Source: Bacteroidota bacterium
GTDB lineage: Bacteria > Bacteroidota > Bacteroidia > Flavobacteriales > Flavobacteriaceae
Reading direction: 5' to 3'
Length of the DNA: 58,029 nucleotides
Assembly: GCA_040388035.1 (NCBI GenBank)
Contig: JAZKCP010000022.1
Span: forward strand, 32,357 to 90,385
A program made the translations under genes and the position numbers. The notes below the pieces were generated by a model. The model saw only the letters and a program-made list of their open reading frames with translations, did no database searches and was not told where the DNA came from. Shown here piece by piece: positions 27,313-36,918 of the stretch; position 1 is the first letter of the stretch, and each line of letters starts with the position of its first letter.

Positions 27313-28473
27313 TTAAAAACTTTCCCCGGCACCGCCGCCACTGAATCCGCCACCGCCAAAAGGCATGCTGCTTTGTGATTCTACGGGTTTCAGATCTACC
27401 TGCGAATTTACGACCAATGCTTCCAGATTGGGAAGGATATCGGAATCTGCACCACGGGCTACTTTAAATGTGATGCCGGTTTCATTCTCTTTTAGTTTTC
27501 TAATAGCCAAAATTGCGCCCACAAAAAGCAATGCGCCACCTAAAAGCAGTGCCACTTCAATCGGCAGTATGTGGTAATAAAAACGTATGGTATATATGGA
27601 AAATCCAAACGTGAAAAAACCTACTATCAGCATCAGTCTGTCCTTGCTGTAAAGCGAGTAAACGATATATGCAGTCGGAATCAAAAAGGTAAAACCATAG
27701 AACAAGAAGGCGAACGGGATGTCTTTTCCTTTGTGAAGTGTTAATCCCAACAAAGCTTCAGAAAGTTCACGGACTACTAAATAATACATCGAAAAATAAC
27801 CCAATAACAAAGTAAAACCCTGAAACAGTAAAATTGGATTTTCATAATACATGAACTGATTCAATTTGCTGATTTTAGTATAAATGAAGTAAGAAATCAC
27901 CGCAAACGCAAATAAAATAAAAGGGAGAAAAGCTGAGTTTACCAGTTTCAATTCTATAACAGCATAGCAGATTGCGCCGGTGATTCCGATTAGGCTGAAC
28001 AATATAGAGAGCGTGTGGACATATCGTATACAAGCGGCAAAACCGATAAGGGCCAGTGCGATAAAAGCGGCCATCGGACTTTCAAAAGCCATTCCGAACA
28101 TCGCACAGCAAAAAATCTGGAAACCCAAAATAAAAGCGTCATCCAAACCATAACCGAACTGATGGTATCGTTTGGTGAAAAGCTCGCTTCCCACAATTCC
28201 GAGGCAGGTATACACAAAAAGCATCAACCAAAAATGGGATGCAGGTATAGTAACGGCTACCAATGAAACTACTCCAGTTAAGGACGACAACAATAAACAT
28301 CCCAAAATGAAAAACCCAATCCTCAGTAAAATGTTATTATGGCTTTTCAAAACCGGGAATTGTTTTTTTATCAATGCCAATCGTTCCTTCGGAATGAAAC
28401 CCTGTCTATTCAGTCGCTTGGCTTCTTCAAGAAGAAAGGTGTTTTCAAGCAGTTGCTTGTCGTATGCTATCAT
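27313..28473 (-). CDS. Multi-pass membrane protein with a Gly-rich C-terminal tail
   Basis: About 10 TMs, GLDDA motif, ends MPFGGGGFSGGGAGESF; 4-bp overlap with the upstream DUF2157 gene. Confidence 0.8.
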   Translation of the reverse strand: MIAYDKQLLENTFLLEEAKRLNRQGFIPKERLALIKKQFPVLKSHNNILLRIGFFILGCLLLSSLTGVVSLVAVTIPASHFWLMLFVYTCLGIVGSELFTKRYHQFGYGLDDAFILGFQIFCCAMFGMAFESPMAAFIALALIGFAACIRYVHTLSILFSLIGITGAICYAVIELKLVNSAFLPFILFAFAVISYFIYTKISKLNQFMYYENPILLFQGFTLLLGYFSMYYLVVRELSEALLGLTLHKGKDIPFAFLFYGFTFLIPTAYIVYSLYSKDRLMLIVGFFTFGFSIYTIRFYYHILPIEVALLLGGALLFVGAILAIRKLKENETGITFKVARGADSDILPNLEALVVNSQVDLKPVESQSSMPFGGGGFSGGGAGESF

Positions 28474-29447
28474 GCTTTCTCTCTGTTAAAATGTTGAATC
28501 AGTCTTATAAATCCGAAAATAGATGCTATGAAATACACCGGCATCAATATTATCAGAAACTCTCCAATCCGGGAAATGTCGATGAATTCGCCCAATTTGA
28601 AAAGTATGATGTTAATTCCGATATATGCATAAAGCAAAGTAAAAACAAACAGGAAGGTGGAGCCGATTTCGTAAGATGTTTTATAGAAATTATAGGTCAG
28701 TGCGGTTAATAGAATTGCGAAAACAAACCAATAATTTTCAAGCAATCCTGCTATGCAACAAATGCCGGTCAGGTGCTGCGCAAAGGTTAGAAAGACAATC
28801 CTGAAATGGTTTTTTAAGGAAATTTTATTCGAATATTCCGTCCAGATAATTATTAGTATACCAAGTGCCAAACCGTAATAACTAAGGGCTGGATTGCTAT
28901 AGATTTCGTTTTCCATTAGGGATTTTGGCGTAACCGTTATTCCAATAAAAGTCGCCAAACCCGTTATTGCAATGGAAAGTGAGCTTCTGTTATCAAAATA
29001 ATAAGCACAAAAGAATCCTACCAAACTGCAAGCCAAACTGGAAAATCCATAGCCAAATAGCCTATATTGAAATTGCAGGTATCCGATAAAAATGCAGCTC
29101 AAAATCGTGCAAAGCAATACTACGTAGTCATATATCGGACTCTCAAAAAAAACCTCCTCTTTTTGGAAGCCTTTTGCTCTTTTAAAACAAAAATAAAATC
29201 CAACACCAATGATCACAAAAATTGCGCTTAGAATAGCAATATGTCCAATGCTGTCAATGTTTTCATAAATTATGATACCGATCCCGGATGTGAACAATAA
29301 AACAGCGAGATAAAGTAAAAAGCGAAGTTCGTTATGGATAGAAAAAATACCGAGAGCATCGTATTCCTTTATGGATTTCATCTGCGAATCGGTAAGCAAT
29401 TCCTTCGCTAGTAATTTTTCGGTAAAATCATTTGATTCTTTTGCCAT
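28470..29447 (-). CDS. DUF2157-like membrane protein
   Basis: N-terminal ELL-x-x-x-Q helix, FSIHNELRFLLYLAVLLFTSGIG, multiple TMs; ATG 29447 preferred. Confidence 0.75.
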   Translation of the reverse strand: MAKESNDFTEKLLAKELLTDSQMKSIKEYDALGIFSIHNELRFLLYLAVLLFTSGIGIIIYENIDSIGHIAILSAIFVIIGVGFYFCFKRAKGFQKEEVFFESPIYDYVVLLCTILSCIFIGYLQFQYRLFGYGFSSLACSLVGFFCAYYFDNRSSLSIAITGLATFIGITVTPKSLMENEIYSNPALSYYGLALGILIIIWTEYSNKISLKNHFRIVFLTFAQHLTGICCIAGLLENYWFVFAILLTALTYNFYKTSYEIGSTFLFVFTLLYAYIGINIILFKLGEFIDISRIGEFLIILMPVYFIASIFGFIRLIQHFNREKA

Positions 29448-29465
29448 CGCCACTGTGTTAATAAT

Positions 29466-29530
29466 CAAATATACTCAAATATTAACTTAATTTCCATAAA
29501 GTAAATTCTCAAACAAAAAGTATATATTTG
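29466..29530. promoter_or_regulatory. Divergent -7 elements (TATATTTG on - at 29466-29473; TATATTTG on + at 29523-29530)
   Basis: Two back-to-back TAnnTTTG motifs, about 20-25 nt from the respective start codons. Confidence 0.55.
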
Positions 29531-29555
29531 GAATCTATTCTAAAAAAAATAAACC

Positions 29556-30248
29556 ATGAAACAAACTTTTAAAATTCTAACTGTATTATTTCTATCTGCC
29601 TTTTCTTTAACTTCCTGCAGCAGCGATGACACCTCTGAGTCAAACGGGACAACAACGGGAGATTATTTTCCAATGGCAGTAAACAACAAATGGGACTATA
29701 CTAATGACGTTGATGCAACTCAAATGAAACTAATTGGGACCACGGCCTTTGGAGGAAACACTTATTATGAAATGACAGATACGGATGCCAATCCTTCAGT
29801 AAATATCCAAGTTTACATGAACAAAAGAGGCGCTTCCTACTATCAGAAAGCGTCACCTTCTACTCAGACGCAAGGCTCACTTTTTATTACCATCGCTGGG
29901 TTTGAAATTAAAATGTTTCAGGATGATCTTCAGGTTGGGGAAACCTGGAGCGGTTCAGCTAAACCCAAAGTAACATACACCGGCTCCAGTTCCGGGAGTA
30001 CATCTGTAAATATAAATTATACCGGACAGATTACAGCAAGGGATGTTAGTGTTACCCTAGGTGGCATAACTTATAGCAATGTAATAAAATCTATGTTGAC
30101 TATGACTCAGACCGTGAATGGGCAAACGGAAACTATTTCTGGAGAGAATTGGTTTGCAAAAGATATCGGATTAATATTTGAAAGCACTACAATGAGTACT
30201 GATAATATCACCAATACAAGGTATTTAACGAGTTACGAGCTTCATTAA
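29556..30248 (+). CDS. Lipoprotein, DUF3108/TapB-like beta-rich protein
   Basis: Lipobox LTSC followed by SSDD, YFPMAVNNKWDY, WFAKDIGLI motifs. Confidence 0.7.
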   Translation: MKQTFKILTVLFLSAFSLTSCSSDDTSESNGTTTGDYFPMAVNNKWDYTNDVDATQMKLIGTTAFGGNTYYEMTDTDANPSVNIQVYMNKRGASYYQKASPSTQTQGSLFITIAGFEIKMFQDDLQVGETWSGSAKPKVTYTGSSSGSTSVNINYTGQITARDVSVTLGGITYSNVIKSMLTMTQTVNGQTETISGENWFAKDIGLIFESTTMSTDNITNTRYLTSYELH

Positions 30249-30253
30249 TAAAC

Positions 30254-30283
30254 AAAAAAGGCTGTCCGATGACAGCCTTTTTT
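30254..30283. terminator. Bidirectional intrinsic terminator
   Basis: aaaaaaggctgtc-cgat-gacagcctttttt between the convergent lipoprotein gene and sufD. Confidence 0.9.
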
Positions 30284-31598
30284 ATAAATCAAATCCTAAA
30301 CTCACGCCTAATTTTGTGGCGATGATTTTAGTAATCCGTTGTTTCAGTTCCGGAATTTTGATGCTTTCGATTACTTCATTTGAAAAAGCGTACATCAATA
30401 ATGCCTTGGCTTCTTTCTTTGGAATTCCGCGTGACTGCATATAAAACATCGCGTTTTCATCTAATTGCCCGATGGTGCAGCCGTGTGAGCATTTCACATC
30501 GTCAGCAAAAATTTCCAATTGTGGCTTGGCGTTAATTGTTGCCTTGTCGCCTAACAAAATGTTGTTGTTTTGTTGGAACGCATCTGTTTTTTGCGCTTCT
30601 TTTTCCACATAAATCTTTCCGTTGAAAACTCCGGTTGAGCTGTCAGCTAAAATCGTTTTGTAGTTTTGATGGCTTTCGCAGTTTGGCGTTGCGTGATTCA
30701 CCAAAGTATAATGATCAACGTGCTGCTTGTCGCCAATAATCGTAATTCCTTTTAAGGTCGAATCGATCCTTTCGCCAAAATGATAGAAATTCAGGTTGTT
30801 TCTTGTGATGTTTCCACCAAAAGAAAAGGTGTGAACCGAAACCCTGCTTTCCTGTTTTTGGGAAATATAAGTGTTGTCAATCAGGTTTGCCGATTGCAAA
30901 TCGTTTTGGATTTTGTAATAATCAACGATAGCGCGTTTTTGGGCAAAAATCTCCGTAACCGAATTCGTCAGCACTGGATTTTCGTTTAATGATTGATGTC
31001 TTTCGATAATTTGAACATGCGCATTTTCACCAACAATTACCAGGTTTCTTGGTTGTACCATTAATGCACTTTCAACGCCGGTCGAGAAATAAATGACTTC
31101 GATTGGTTTCTCAACCACTTTGCTTTTTGGAATGTTGATGTAGGCGCCTTCATTAGCAAATGCGGTATTCAACGTCGTTAAACTTTCATCGCTGCTGGCA
31201 ATTTTATTGAAATACTCATCAATAATCATTTTGTATTTCGGCTTGTTCAATGCAGATGACATCAGGCAAACGTCAATTCCGTCATGAGTCGTTGCCGATA
31301 AAAACGAACTGAATTTTCCGTCTACAAAAATGACTTTGTGCGTGTCGATTTCGTGCAGGAAATATTTCTTTACGTCTTTAAATTCAACACTATTTTCGTG
31401 TTTTGGAAATACCGAATAGTCATTTTTTAAGATGGCATTCAGCGAGGTATATTTCCAGGCTTCCTCTTTCTTGGTTGGGAAACCTTTATTTTCAAAGTTT
31501 TTTATAGCCGAAGTTCGAACGTCATGCAGTTCATTGTGCACATCGATGCTTTCCTCAAACGCCATAAAAGACGAGATTAATTTATCTTTCAATTCCAT
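30282..31598 (-). CDS. sufD: Fe-S assembly protein SufD
   Basis: EAWKYT, GVFNGKI, KPQLEIFADDVKCSHG, FYMQSRGI. Confidence 0.96.
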   Translation of the reverse strand: MELKDKLISSFMAFEESIDVHNELHDVRTSAIKNFENKGFPTKKEEAWKYTSLNAILKNDYSVFPKHENSVEFKDVKKYFLHEIDTHKVIFVDGKFSSFLSATTHDGIDVCLMSSALNKPKYKMIIDEYFNKIASSDESLTTLNTAFANEGAYINIPKSKVVEKPIEVIYFSTGVESALMVQPRNLVIVGENAHVQIIERHQSLNENPVLTNSVTEIFAQKRAIVDYYKIQNDLQSANLIDNTYISQKQESRVSVHTFSFGGNITRNNLNFYHFGERIDSTLKGITIIGDKQHVDHYTLVNHATPNCESHQNYKTILADSSTGVFNGKIYVEKEAQKTDAFQQNNNILLGDKATINAKPQLEIFADDVKCSHGCTIGQLDENAMFYMQSRGIPKKEAKALLMYAFSNEVIESIKIPELKQRITKIIATKLGVSLGFDL

Positions 31599-31599
31599 T

Positions 31600-32352
31600 T
31601 TAAACTTCTAATTCCGCTTTAATCCAGTCGTATCCTTTTTCCTCTAATTCGTAAGCCAGTTCTTTTCCGCCTGATTTTACAATTTTTCCATCCATTAAAA
31701 CGTGAACGAAATCCGGAATGATATAATCCAACAAACGTTGGTAGTGCGTGATAACAACCACAGCATTGTCTTTACTTTTCAATTTATTGACTCCATTAGC
31801 CACAATTCGCAAAGCGTCAATATCCAAACCTGAATCGGTTTCGTCAAGTATTGCCAGTTTTGGCTGCATCATTGCCATTTGAAAAATCTCATTTCGCTTC
31901 TTTTCGCCACCCGAAAAACCTTCGTTTAACGAACGCGACAAAAACTTACGGTCAATTTCCAGTAATTCTGATTTTTCACGGATTAATTTCAGCATTTCAT
32001 TCGCCGGCATTTCTTCTTTTCCGTTTGCTTTTCTACTTTCGTTGATTGCTGTTTTCATGAAGTTCGTCACCGAAACTCCAGGAATTTCAACTGGATATTG
32101 AAACGAAAGGAAAACACCTTTGTGTGCTCTTTCTTCCGGTGCTAATTCTGAAATATCATCGCCTTCCAAAAGGATTTCCCCTTCTGAAACTTCATACTTT
32201 TCATTTCCGGCAATAATCGATGCCAACGTACTTTTTCCTGCACCGTTTGGCCCCATGATTGCGTGGACTTCACCGGCATTTACCTGAAGGTCGATTCCTT
32301 TTAATATTTCTTTGTCTTCAACACTTGCGTGTAAATTTCGTATGCTTAACAT
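31600..32352 (-). CDS. sufC: Fe-S assembly ATPase SufC
   Basis: GPNGAGKST, FQYPVEIPGV, GFSGGEKKRNE, LDETDSGLDID, THYQRLL. Confidence 0.98.
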   Translation of the reverse strand: MLSIRNLHASVEDKEILKGIDLQVNAGEVHAIMGPNGAGKSTLASIIAGNEKYEVSEGEILLEGDDISELAPEERAHKGVFLSFQYPVEIPGVSVTNFMKTAINESRKANGKEEMPANEMLKLIREKSELLEIDRKFLSRSLNEGFSGGEKKRNEIFQMAMMQPKLAILDETDSGLDIDALRIVANGVNKLKSKDNAVVVITHYQRLLDYIIPDFVHVLMDGKIVKSGGKELAYELEEKGYDWIKAELEV

Positions 32353-32380
32353 TTTTTGAATGTGTTTTATTCTGATTAGA

Positions 32381-33829
32381 TTATCCTACTGAGCCTTCAA
32401 GAGAAATCTCAAGTAATTTTTGAGCTTCCACAGCAAATTCCATGGGAAGTTTGTTCAATACGTCCTTGCTGAAACCGTTTACGATTAAGGCAATTGCTTT
32501 TTCGGTTGGAATTCCACGCTGGTTGCAATAGAAAACCTGGTCTTCACCAATTTTTGAAGTCGTGGCTTCGTGTTCGATTATAGCGGATGAGTTTTTACTT
32601 TCAATATATGGAAACGTATGTGCGCCACAGTTATTTCCCATCAGCAATGAATCGCATTGCGAGAAGTTTCGGGCATTATCGGCACGTGCGCTAATCTGAA
32701 CTAAACCTCTGTAACTGTTTTGGGATTTTCCTGCTGAGATTCCTTTCGAGATAATAGTCGATTTGGTGTTTTTTCCCAAGTGAATCATCTTGGTTCCTGT
32801 ATCAGCCTGCTGGAAATTATTGGTTACGGCAATAGAGTAAAATTCGCCGATTGAGTTATCGCCTTTCAAAATAACCGAAGGATATTTCCACGTAATTGCC
32901 GAGCCGGTTTCAACCTGTGTCCACGAAATTTTTGCGTTTTTCTCGCAGAAACCTCTTTTGGTTACAAAGTTAAAAACGCCGCCTTTTCCTTCTTTATTTC
33001 CCGGATACCAGTTTTGAACGGTAGAATATTTGATTTCGGCACCGTCCAAAGCAATTAATTCTACTACTGCTGCGTGCAATTGGTTTTCATCACGGCTTGG
33101 CGCGGTGCAACCTTCAAGATACGAAACGTAGCTTCCTTCATCGGCAATCAAAAGCGTTCTTTCAAATTGTCCGGTTCCGGCTTGGTTGATTCGGAAATAG
33201 GTTGATAATTCCATTGGGCAACGAACGCCTTTTGGTATGTAGCAGAAACTACCGTCTGAAAAAACAGCAGAATTCAATGCCGCGTAAAAATTATCTCTTT
33301 GTGGGACAACGGTTCCCAAATATTTTCTAACTAATTCAGGATGTTCTTTAATCGCGTCAGATATTGAACAGAAAATAATTCCCTTTTCGTTTAATGTCTT
33401 CTTAAATGTTGTTGCCACAGAAACCGAATCTACTACAATATCCATAGCGATATTGTTCATTTTTTTCTGTTCGTCTAGTGAAATTCCAAGCTTTTTGTAC
33501 ATTTCCAAAAGTTCCGGATCAACATCATCCAATGTTTTATTTGGATCAACAGTTTTTGGTGCGGAATAATAGGAAATTGCCTGAAAGTCGGGTTTTTCGT
33601 AACGAACATTCGCCCAATTTGGCTCAATCATTTCCTGCCAGGCACGGAACGATTCGATACGCCAATCGGTCATCCATTGTGGCTCTTGCTTTTTCAGGGA
33701 AATAGCACGGACAATGTCTTCGTTTAAACCAATAGGAAACGTTTCCGACTCAATGTCAGTATAAAAACCGTACTCGTATTCTTTACTTTCGAGTTCAACT
33801 TTTAAATCGTCTTCGGTATATTTTGCCAT
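32381..33829 (-). CDS. sufB: Fe-S assembly protein SufB
   Basis: [43 protein letters not shown]. Confidence 0.98.
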   Translation of the reverse strand: MAKYTEDDLKVELESKEYEYGFYTDIESETFPIGLNEDIVRAISLKKQEPQWMTDWRIESFRAWQEMIEPNWANVRYEKPDFQAISYYSAPKTVDPNKTLDDVDPELLEMYKKLGISLDEQKKMNNIAMDIVVDSVSVATTFKKTLNEKGIIFCSISDAIKEHPELVRKYLGTVVPQRDNFYAALNSAVFSDGSFCYIPKGVRCPMELSTYFRINQAGTGQFERTLLIADEGSYVSYLEGCTAPSRDENQLHAAVVELIALDGAEIKYSTVQNWYPGNKEGKGGVFNFVTKRGFCEKNAKISWTQVETGSAITWKYPSVILKGDNSIGEFYSIAVTNNFQQADTGTKMIHLGKNTKSTIISKGISAGKSQNSYRGLVQISARADNARNFSQCDSLLMGNNCGAHTFPYIESKNSSAIIEHEATTSKIGEDQVFYCNQRGIPTEKAIALIVNGFSKDVLNKLPMEFAVEAQKLLEISLEGSVG

Positions 33830-33844
33830 TTTGTTTGTTTAATT

Positions 33845-34174
33845 TTATAGAGAAAATGATTCTCCGCATCCACAGGTTCTGGATGCATTCGGATTGTTAA
33901 ACACAAATCCTTTTCCGTTCAAACCGCCTGAAAATTCTAAAACTGTTCCTGCCAAATACAGAAACGATTTTTTCTCCACGGCAATTTTTACGTGATTATC
34001 TTCAAAAACTTTGTCGTTTTCACCCAGTTCCTTATCGAATTTCAATTCATACGACAAGCCCGAGCAACCGCCACTTTTTACGCCCACACGAACATAATCT
34101 TTGGCAGCGTCAAAACCATCTTCCTGCATCATCGAAACGATTTTTTTACTAGCGTCATCAGAAACTTTAATCAT
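33845..34174 (-). CDS. sufA: A-type Fe-S carrier (HesB/IscA/SufA)
   Basis: GGCSGLSY and CGCGESF. Confidence 0.92.
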   Translation of the reverse strand: MIKVSDDASKKIVSMMQEDGFDAAKDYVRVGVKSGGCSGLSYELKFDKELGENDKVFEDNHVKIAVEKKSFLYLAGTVLEFSGGLNGKGFVFNNPNASRTCGCGESFSL

Positions 34175-34204
34175 GTCTTATTTTAATTTTGTCTAAATAA
34201 TGGG

Positions 34205-34212
34205 CAAAGTTA
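34205..34212 (-). promoter_or_regulatory. sufABCD -7 promoter element (TAACTTTG)
   Basis: TAnnTTTG on the - strand about 30 nt upstream of sufA. Confidence 0.6.
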
Positions 34213-34343
34213 ACACAAATATCCATTTTTACCTCACAACCATAGATTTTTATAACTTATTTAAGAATTGAAAAAAACGATTTTGATTAAATTAAAAGCT
34301 TATATTTTTAGTAATTTGCGTCACTTTTAAATTCATATAATCA

Positions 34344-35204
34344 ATGAAAATATATCCTATTGAAGCTGGAAATTTTAAACTTGATGGTGGCGCTATGTTT
34401 GGCGTTGTGCCAAAAACCATTTGGAATAAAACCAATCCGGCTGATGAAAATAACATGATTGACATTGCGGCCAGATGCATGCTGATTGAAGATGGCGGCC
34501 GTTTAATCCTGATTGATAATGGAATGGGTAATAAACAGTCGGAAAAATTCTTTGGTTACTATTCGCTTTGGGGAAATCATTCCGTGGATAAATCATTGGC
34601 GAAATATGGCTTTCATCGGGATGATGTGACTGATGTTTTCCTAACGCATCTGCACTTTGATCATTGTGGCGGAAGCGTGAACTGGAATAAAGACAGAACC
34701 GGTTATGAAGTGGCTTTCAAAAACGCCAAATTCTGGACAAATCACAACCATTGGGAATGGGCAACGAAACCAAATGCCCGTGAAAAAGCTTCATTCCTAT
34801 CAGAAAATATTTTGCCGCTGCAGGAAAGTGGTCAGTTGAATTTTATTAAAAAACCAGAGGCGGATTTTCTTTCAAAATCAGAATTAGGTTTTGGAATTTT
34901 CTTTGTGGACGGCCATACTGAAAAAATGATGTTGCCGCATGTTCAATATCAAGATAAGACCATTATTTTTTGCGCCGATTTAATTCCGACTGCCGGACAT
35001 TTGCCATTACCTTATGTTATGGGTTACGACACCCGACCGCTTTTGACCTTGCCTGAAAAAGCTAAATTTTTAAATACAGCTGTAGAAAATAATTATTACC
35101 TATGGTTAGAACACGATGCCCATAACGAAATTATCAGAGTTGAAAACACTGAAAAAGGCATTAGGCTTAAAGAAGTTTTCGGCTGTAATGACGTCTTAAG
35201 CTAG
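34344..35204 (+). CDS. MBL-fold metallo-hydrolase (YtnP-like)
   Basis: LDGGAMFGVVP, THLHFDHCGG (HxHxDH), GHT, ADL, EHD. Confidence 0.92.
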   Translation: MKIYPIEAGNFKLDGGAMFGVVPKTIWNKTNPADENNMIDIAARCMLIEDGGRLILIDNGMGNKQSEKFFGYYSLWGNHSVDKSLAKYGFHRDDVTDVFLTHLHFDHCGGSVNWNKDRTGYEVAFKNAKFWTNHNHWEWATKPNAREKASFLSENILPLQESGQLNFIKKPEADFLSKSELGFGIFFVDGHTEKMMLPHVQYQDKTIIFCADLIPTAGHLPLPYVMGYDTRPLLTLPEKAKFLNTAVENNYYLWLEHDAHNEIIRVENTEKGIRLKEVFGCNDVLS

Positions 35205-35300
35205 TCTTAATCATCTTAATGTAGTGTTAATCATTTCTCGAGGTGTAACAAAACATTTTATTTTTACACCAATTCATAAATAATAAAACAAAAATATAAT

Positions 35301-36872
35301 ATGAAATTTTTACAATTTTTGCTTATTTCAATGTTTTCATTGACAATATTTGCACAAGGATCTGCCCAACCTGTTGTTAGAAAAACGCCTTTACCTGAAC
35401 AGCAATTGCAACGCTGGAGCCATCTTGATTTAGATAAAGATACCATTCCCGGAATGAGTGTGGATAAAGCGTATGAACTTTTGAAGAGCAAAAAAGGCAT
35501 GAAAGTTATTGTTGCTGTTGTCGACTCGGGGGTTGATACGAATCATGAAGATTTGAAAAGCGTTATCTGGACCAATAAAAAAGAAATTCCAAACAATGGA
35601 AAAGATGATGATAAAAATGGTTTTGTGGATGATGTTCATGGCTGGAATTTTTTAGGTGAATCAAATGCCGAAAATCTGGAAATGGTGCGTATTTTGAAAA
35701 AAGGCGATGATGGTTCAGAAACCTACAAAAGAGCCTTAGCAGATTACACCGAAAATCTTAAAGACGCTAAAGAAGCCAAAGAAACTGTAGACGTGTTGTT
35801 GACAGCTGATAAAACCGTTGCTGAGTTTCTGAAAAAAGACAATTACACGATTGAAGAACTAAAAGATATGTCTTCGGTTAAGTTTGAATTATACGACAGC
35901 AAAAGAATAATGCTATCTTATGCCGCTCAAAAAGGAGCTACTTTCCACGATGATTTAAAAACTTATAAAACCGCTATTTATGACCAATTGGACTATAATC
36001 TTAACAAAGATTTTGATGGCAGAAAAATAGTTGGTGACAATCCCGAAGATATCAACGACAAAAAATATGGGAACAATGTTGTGTATTCTAAAGACCGAAA
36101 AGATAATCTTCACGGAACTCACGTTGCCGGAATAATTGCCCAGGTTAGAAATAACAATGCTGGTGGTGACGGCGTAGCCAATAATGTAGAAATTATGCCC
36201 GTTCGCGCAGTGCCAAATGGTGATGAATATGACAAAGACATTGCATTGGCTATCCGTTATGCAGTTGATAATGGTGCAAAAGTCATCAATGGAAGTTTTG
36301 GAAAAGACTATTCTCCACATGCAGGATGGGTTTATGATGCCATTAAATATGCTGCCAGCAAAGACGTTTTAATTGTTCATGCCGCAGGTAATGATTCAAA
36401 AAATATTGATACTGAACCGAATTTCCCAAGTGATGAAGTAAATGGCGCCGAAATTTCGGATAACCTTATAACTATTGGAGCCTTGAAAAACGAGATTGGC
36501 GAAAAAGTAGTTGCCAGATTTTCTAATTATGGAAAAAAGAACGTAGATGTTTTTGCCCCAGGTGTGAAAATTTATGCTACCGTTCCGGGCGACAAATACA
36601 AATACTTACAAGGAACATCAATGGCTTCTCCAAATGCGGCCGGAGTTGCTGCCTTAATCCGTTCTTACTATCCAAATTTAAAAGCGGGTCAGGTAAAACA
36701 AATTTTGATGCAATCTGGAACGCCGTTGAATTTTGATGTTAAAGTTGGTGAGAACCAGGAAAAAATTCCTTTTTCCGAAGCAAGCGTTTCAGGAAAGATT
36801 GTCAATGCGTACAATGCCTTGAAAATGGCCGAAGAAATGTCGAACGCTGTTAAGAAAAGCCCTAAATTATAA
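35301..36872 (+). CDS. Secreted S8 (subtilisin-like) peptidase
   Basis: Catalytic triad VAVVDSG, HGTHVAG, GTSMASP; signal peptide. Confidence 0.95.
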   Translation: MKFLQFLLISMFSLTIFAQGSAQPVVRKTPLPEQQLQRWSHLDLDKDTIPGMSVDKAYELLKSKKGMKVIVAVVDSGVDTNHEDLKSVIWTNKKEIPNNGKDDDKNGFVDDVHGWNFLGESNAENLEMVRILKKGDDGSETYKRALADYTENLKDAKEAKETVDVLLTADKTVAEFLKKDNYTIEELKDMSSVKFELYDSKRIMLSYAAQKGATFHDDLKTYKTAIYDQLDYNLNKDFDGRKIVGDNPEDINDKKYGNNVVYSKDRKDNLHGTHVAGIIAQVRNNNAGGDGVANNVEIMPVRAVPNGDEYDKDIALAIRYAVDNGAKVINGSFGKDYSPHAGWVYDAIKYAASKDVLIVHAAGNDSKNIDTEPNFPSDEVNGAEISDNLITIGALKNEIGEKVVARFSNYGKKNVDVFAPGVKIYATVPGDKYKYLQGTSMASPNAAGVAALIRSYYPNLKAGQVKQILMQSGTPLNFDVKVGENQEKIPFSEASVSGKIVNAYNALKMAEEMSNAVKKSPKL

Positions 36873-36877
36873 ATCAG

Positions 36878-36905
36878 AAAGGAAGCGTAAAACCTTCCTT
36901 TTTTT
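36878..36905 (+). terminator. Intrinsic terminator after the S8 gene
   Basis: aaaggaag-cgtaaaac-cttccttt followed by a T-run. Confidence 0.65.
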
Positions 36906-36918
36906 ATTTTATTCCAGC

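Noticed and set aside
25756-30283. Block inside the suf locus as a genomic island or prophage
   Set aside because: No integrase, transposase, att-like direct repeats or phage genes seen.
25956-35204. Serine hydrolase and MBL-fold genes as antibiotic-resistance beta-lactamases
   Set aside because: The motifs fit general esterase-like (YSS rather than YxN) and YtnP-like hydrolases, with no mobile context.
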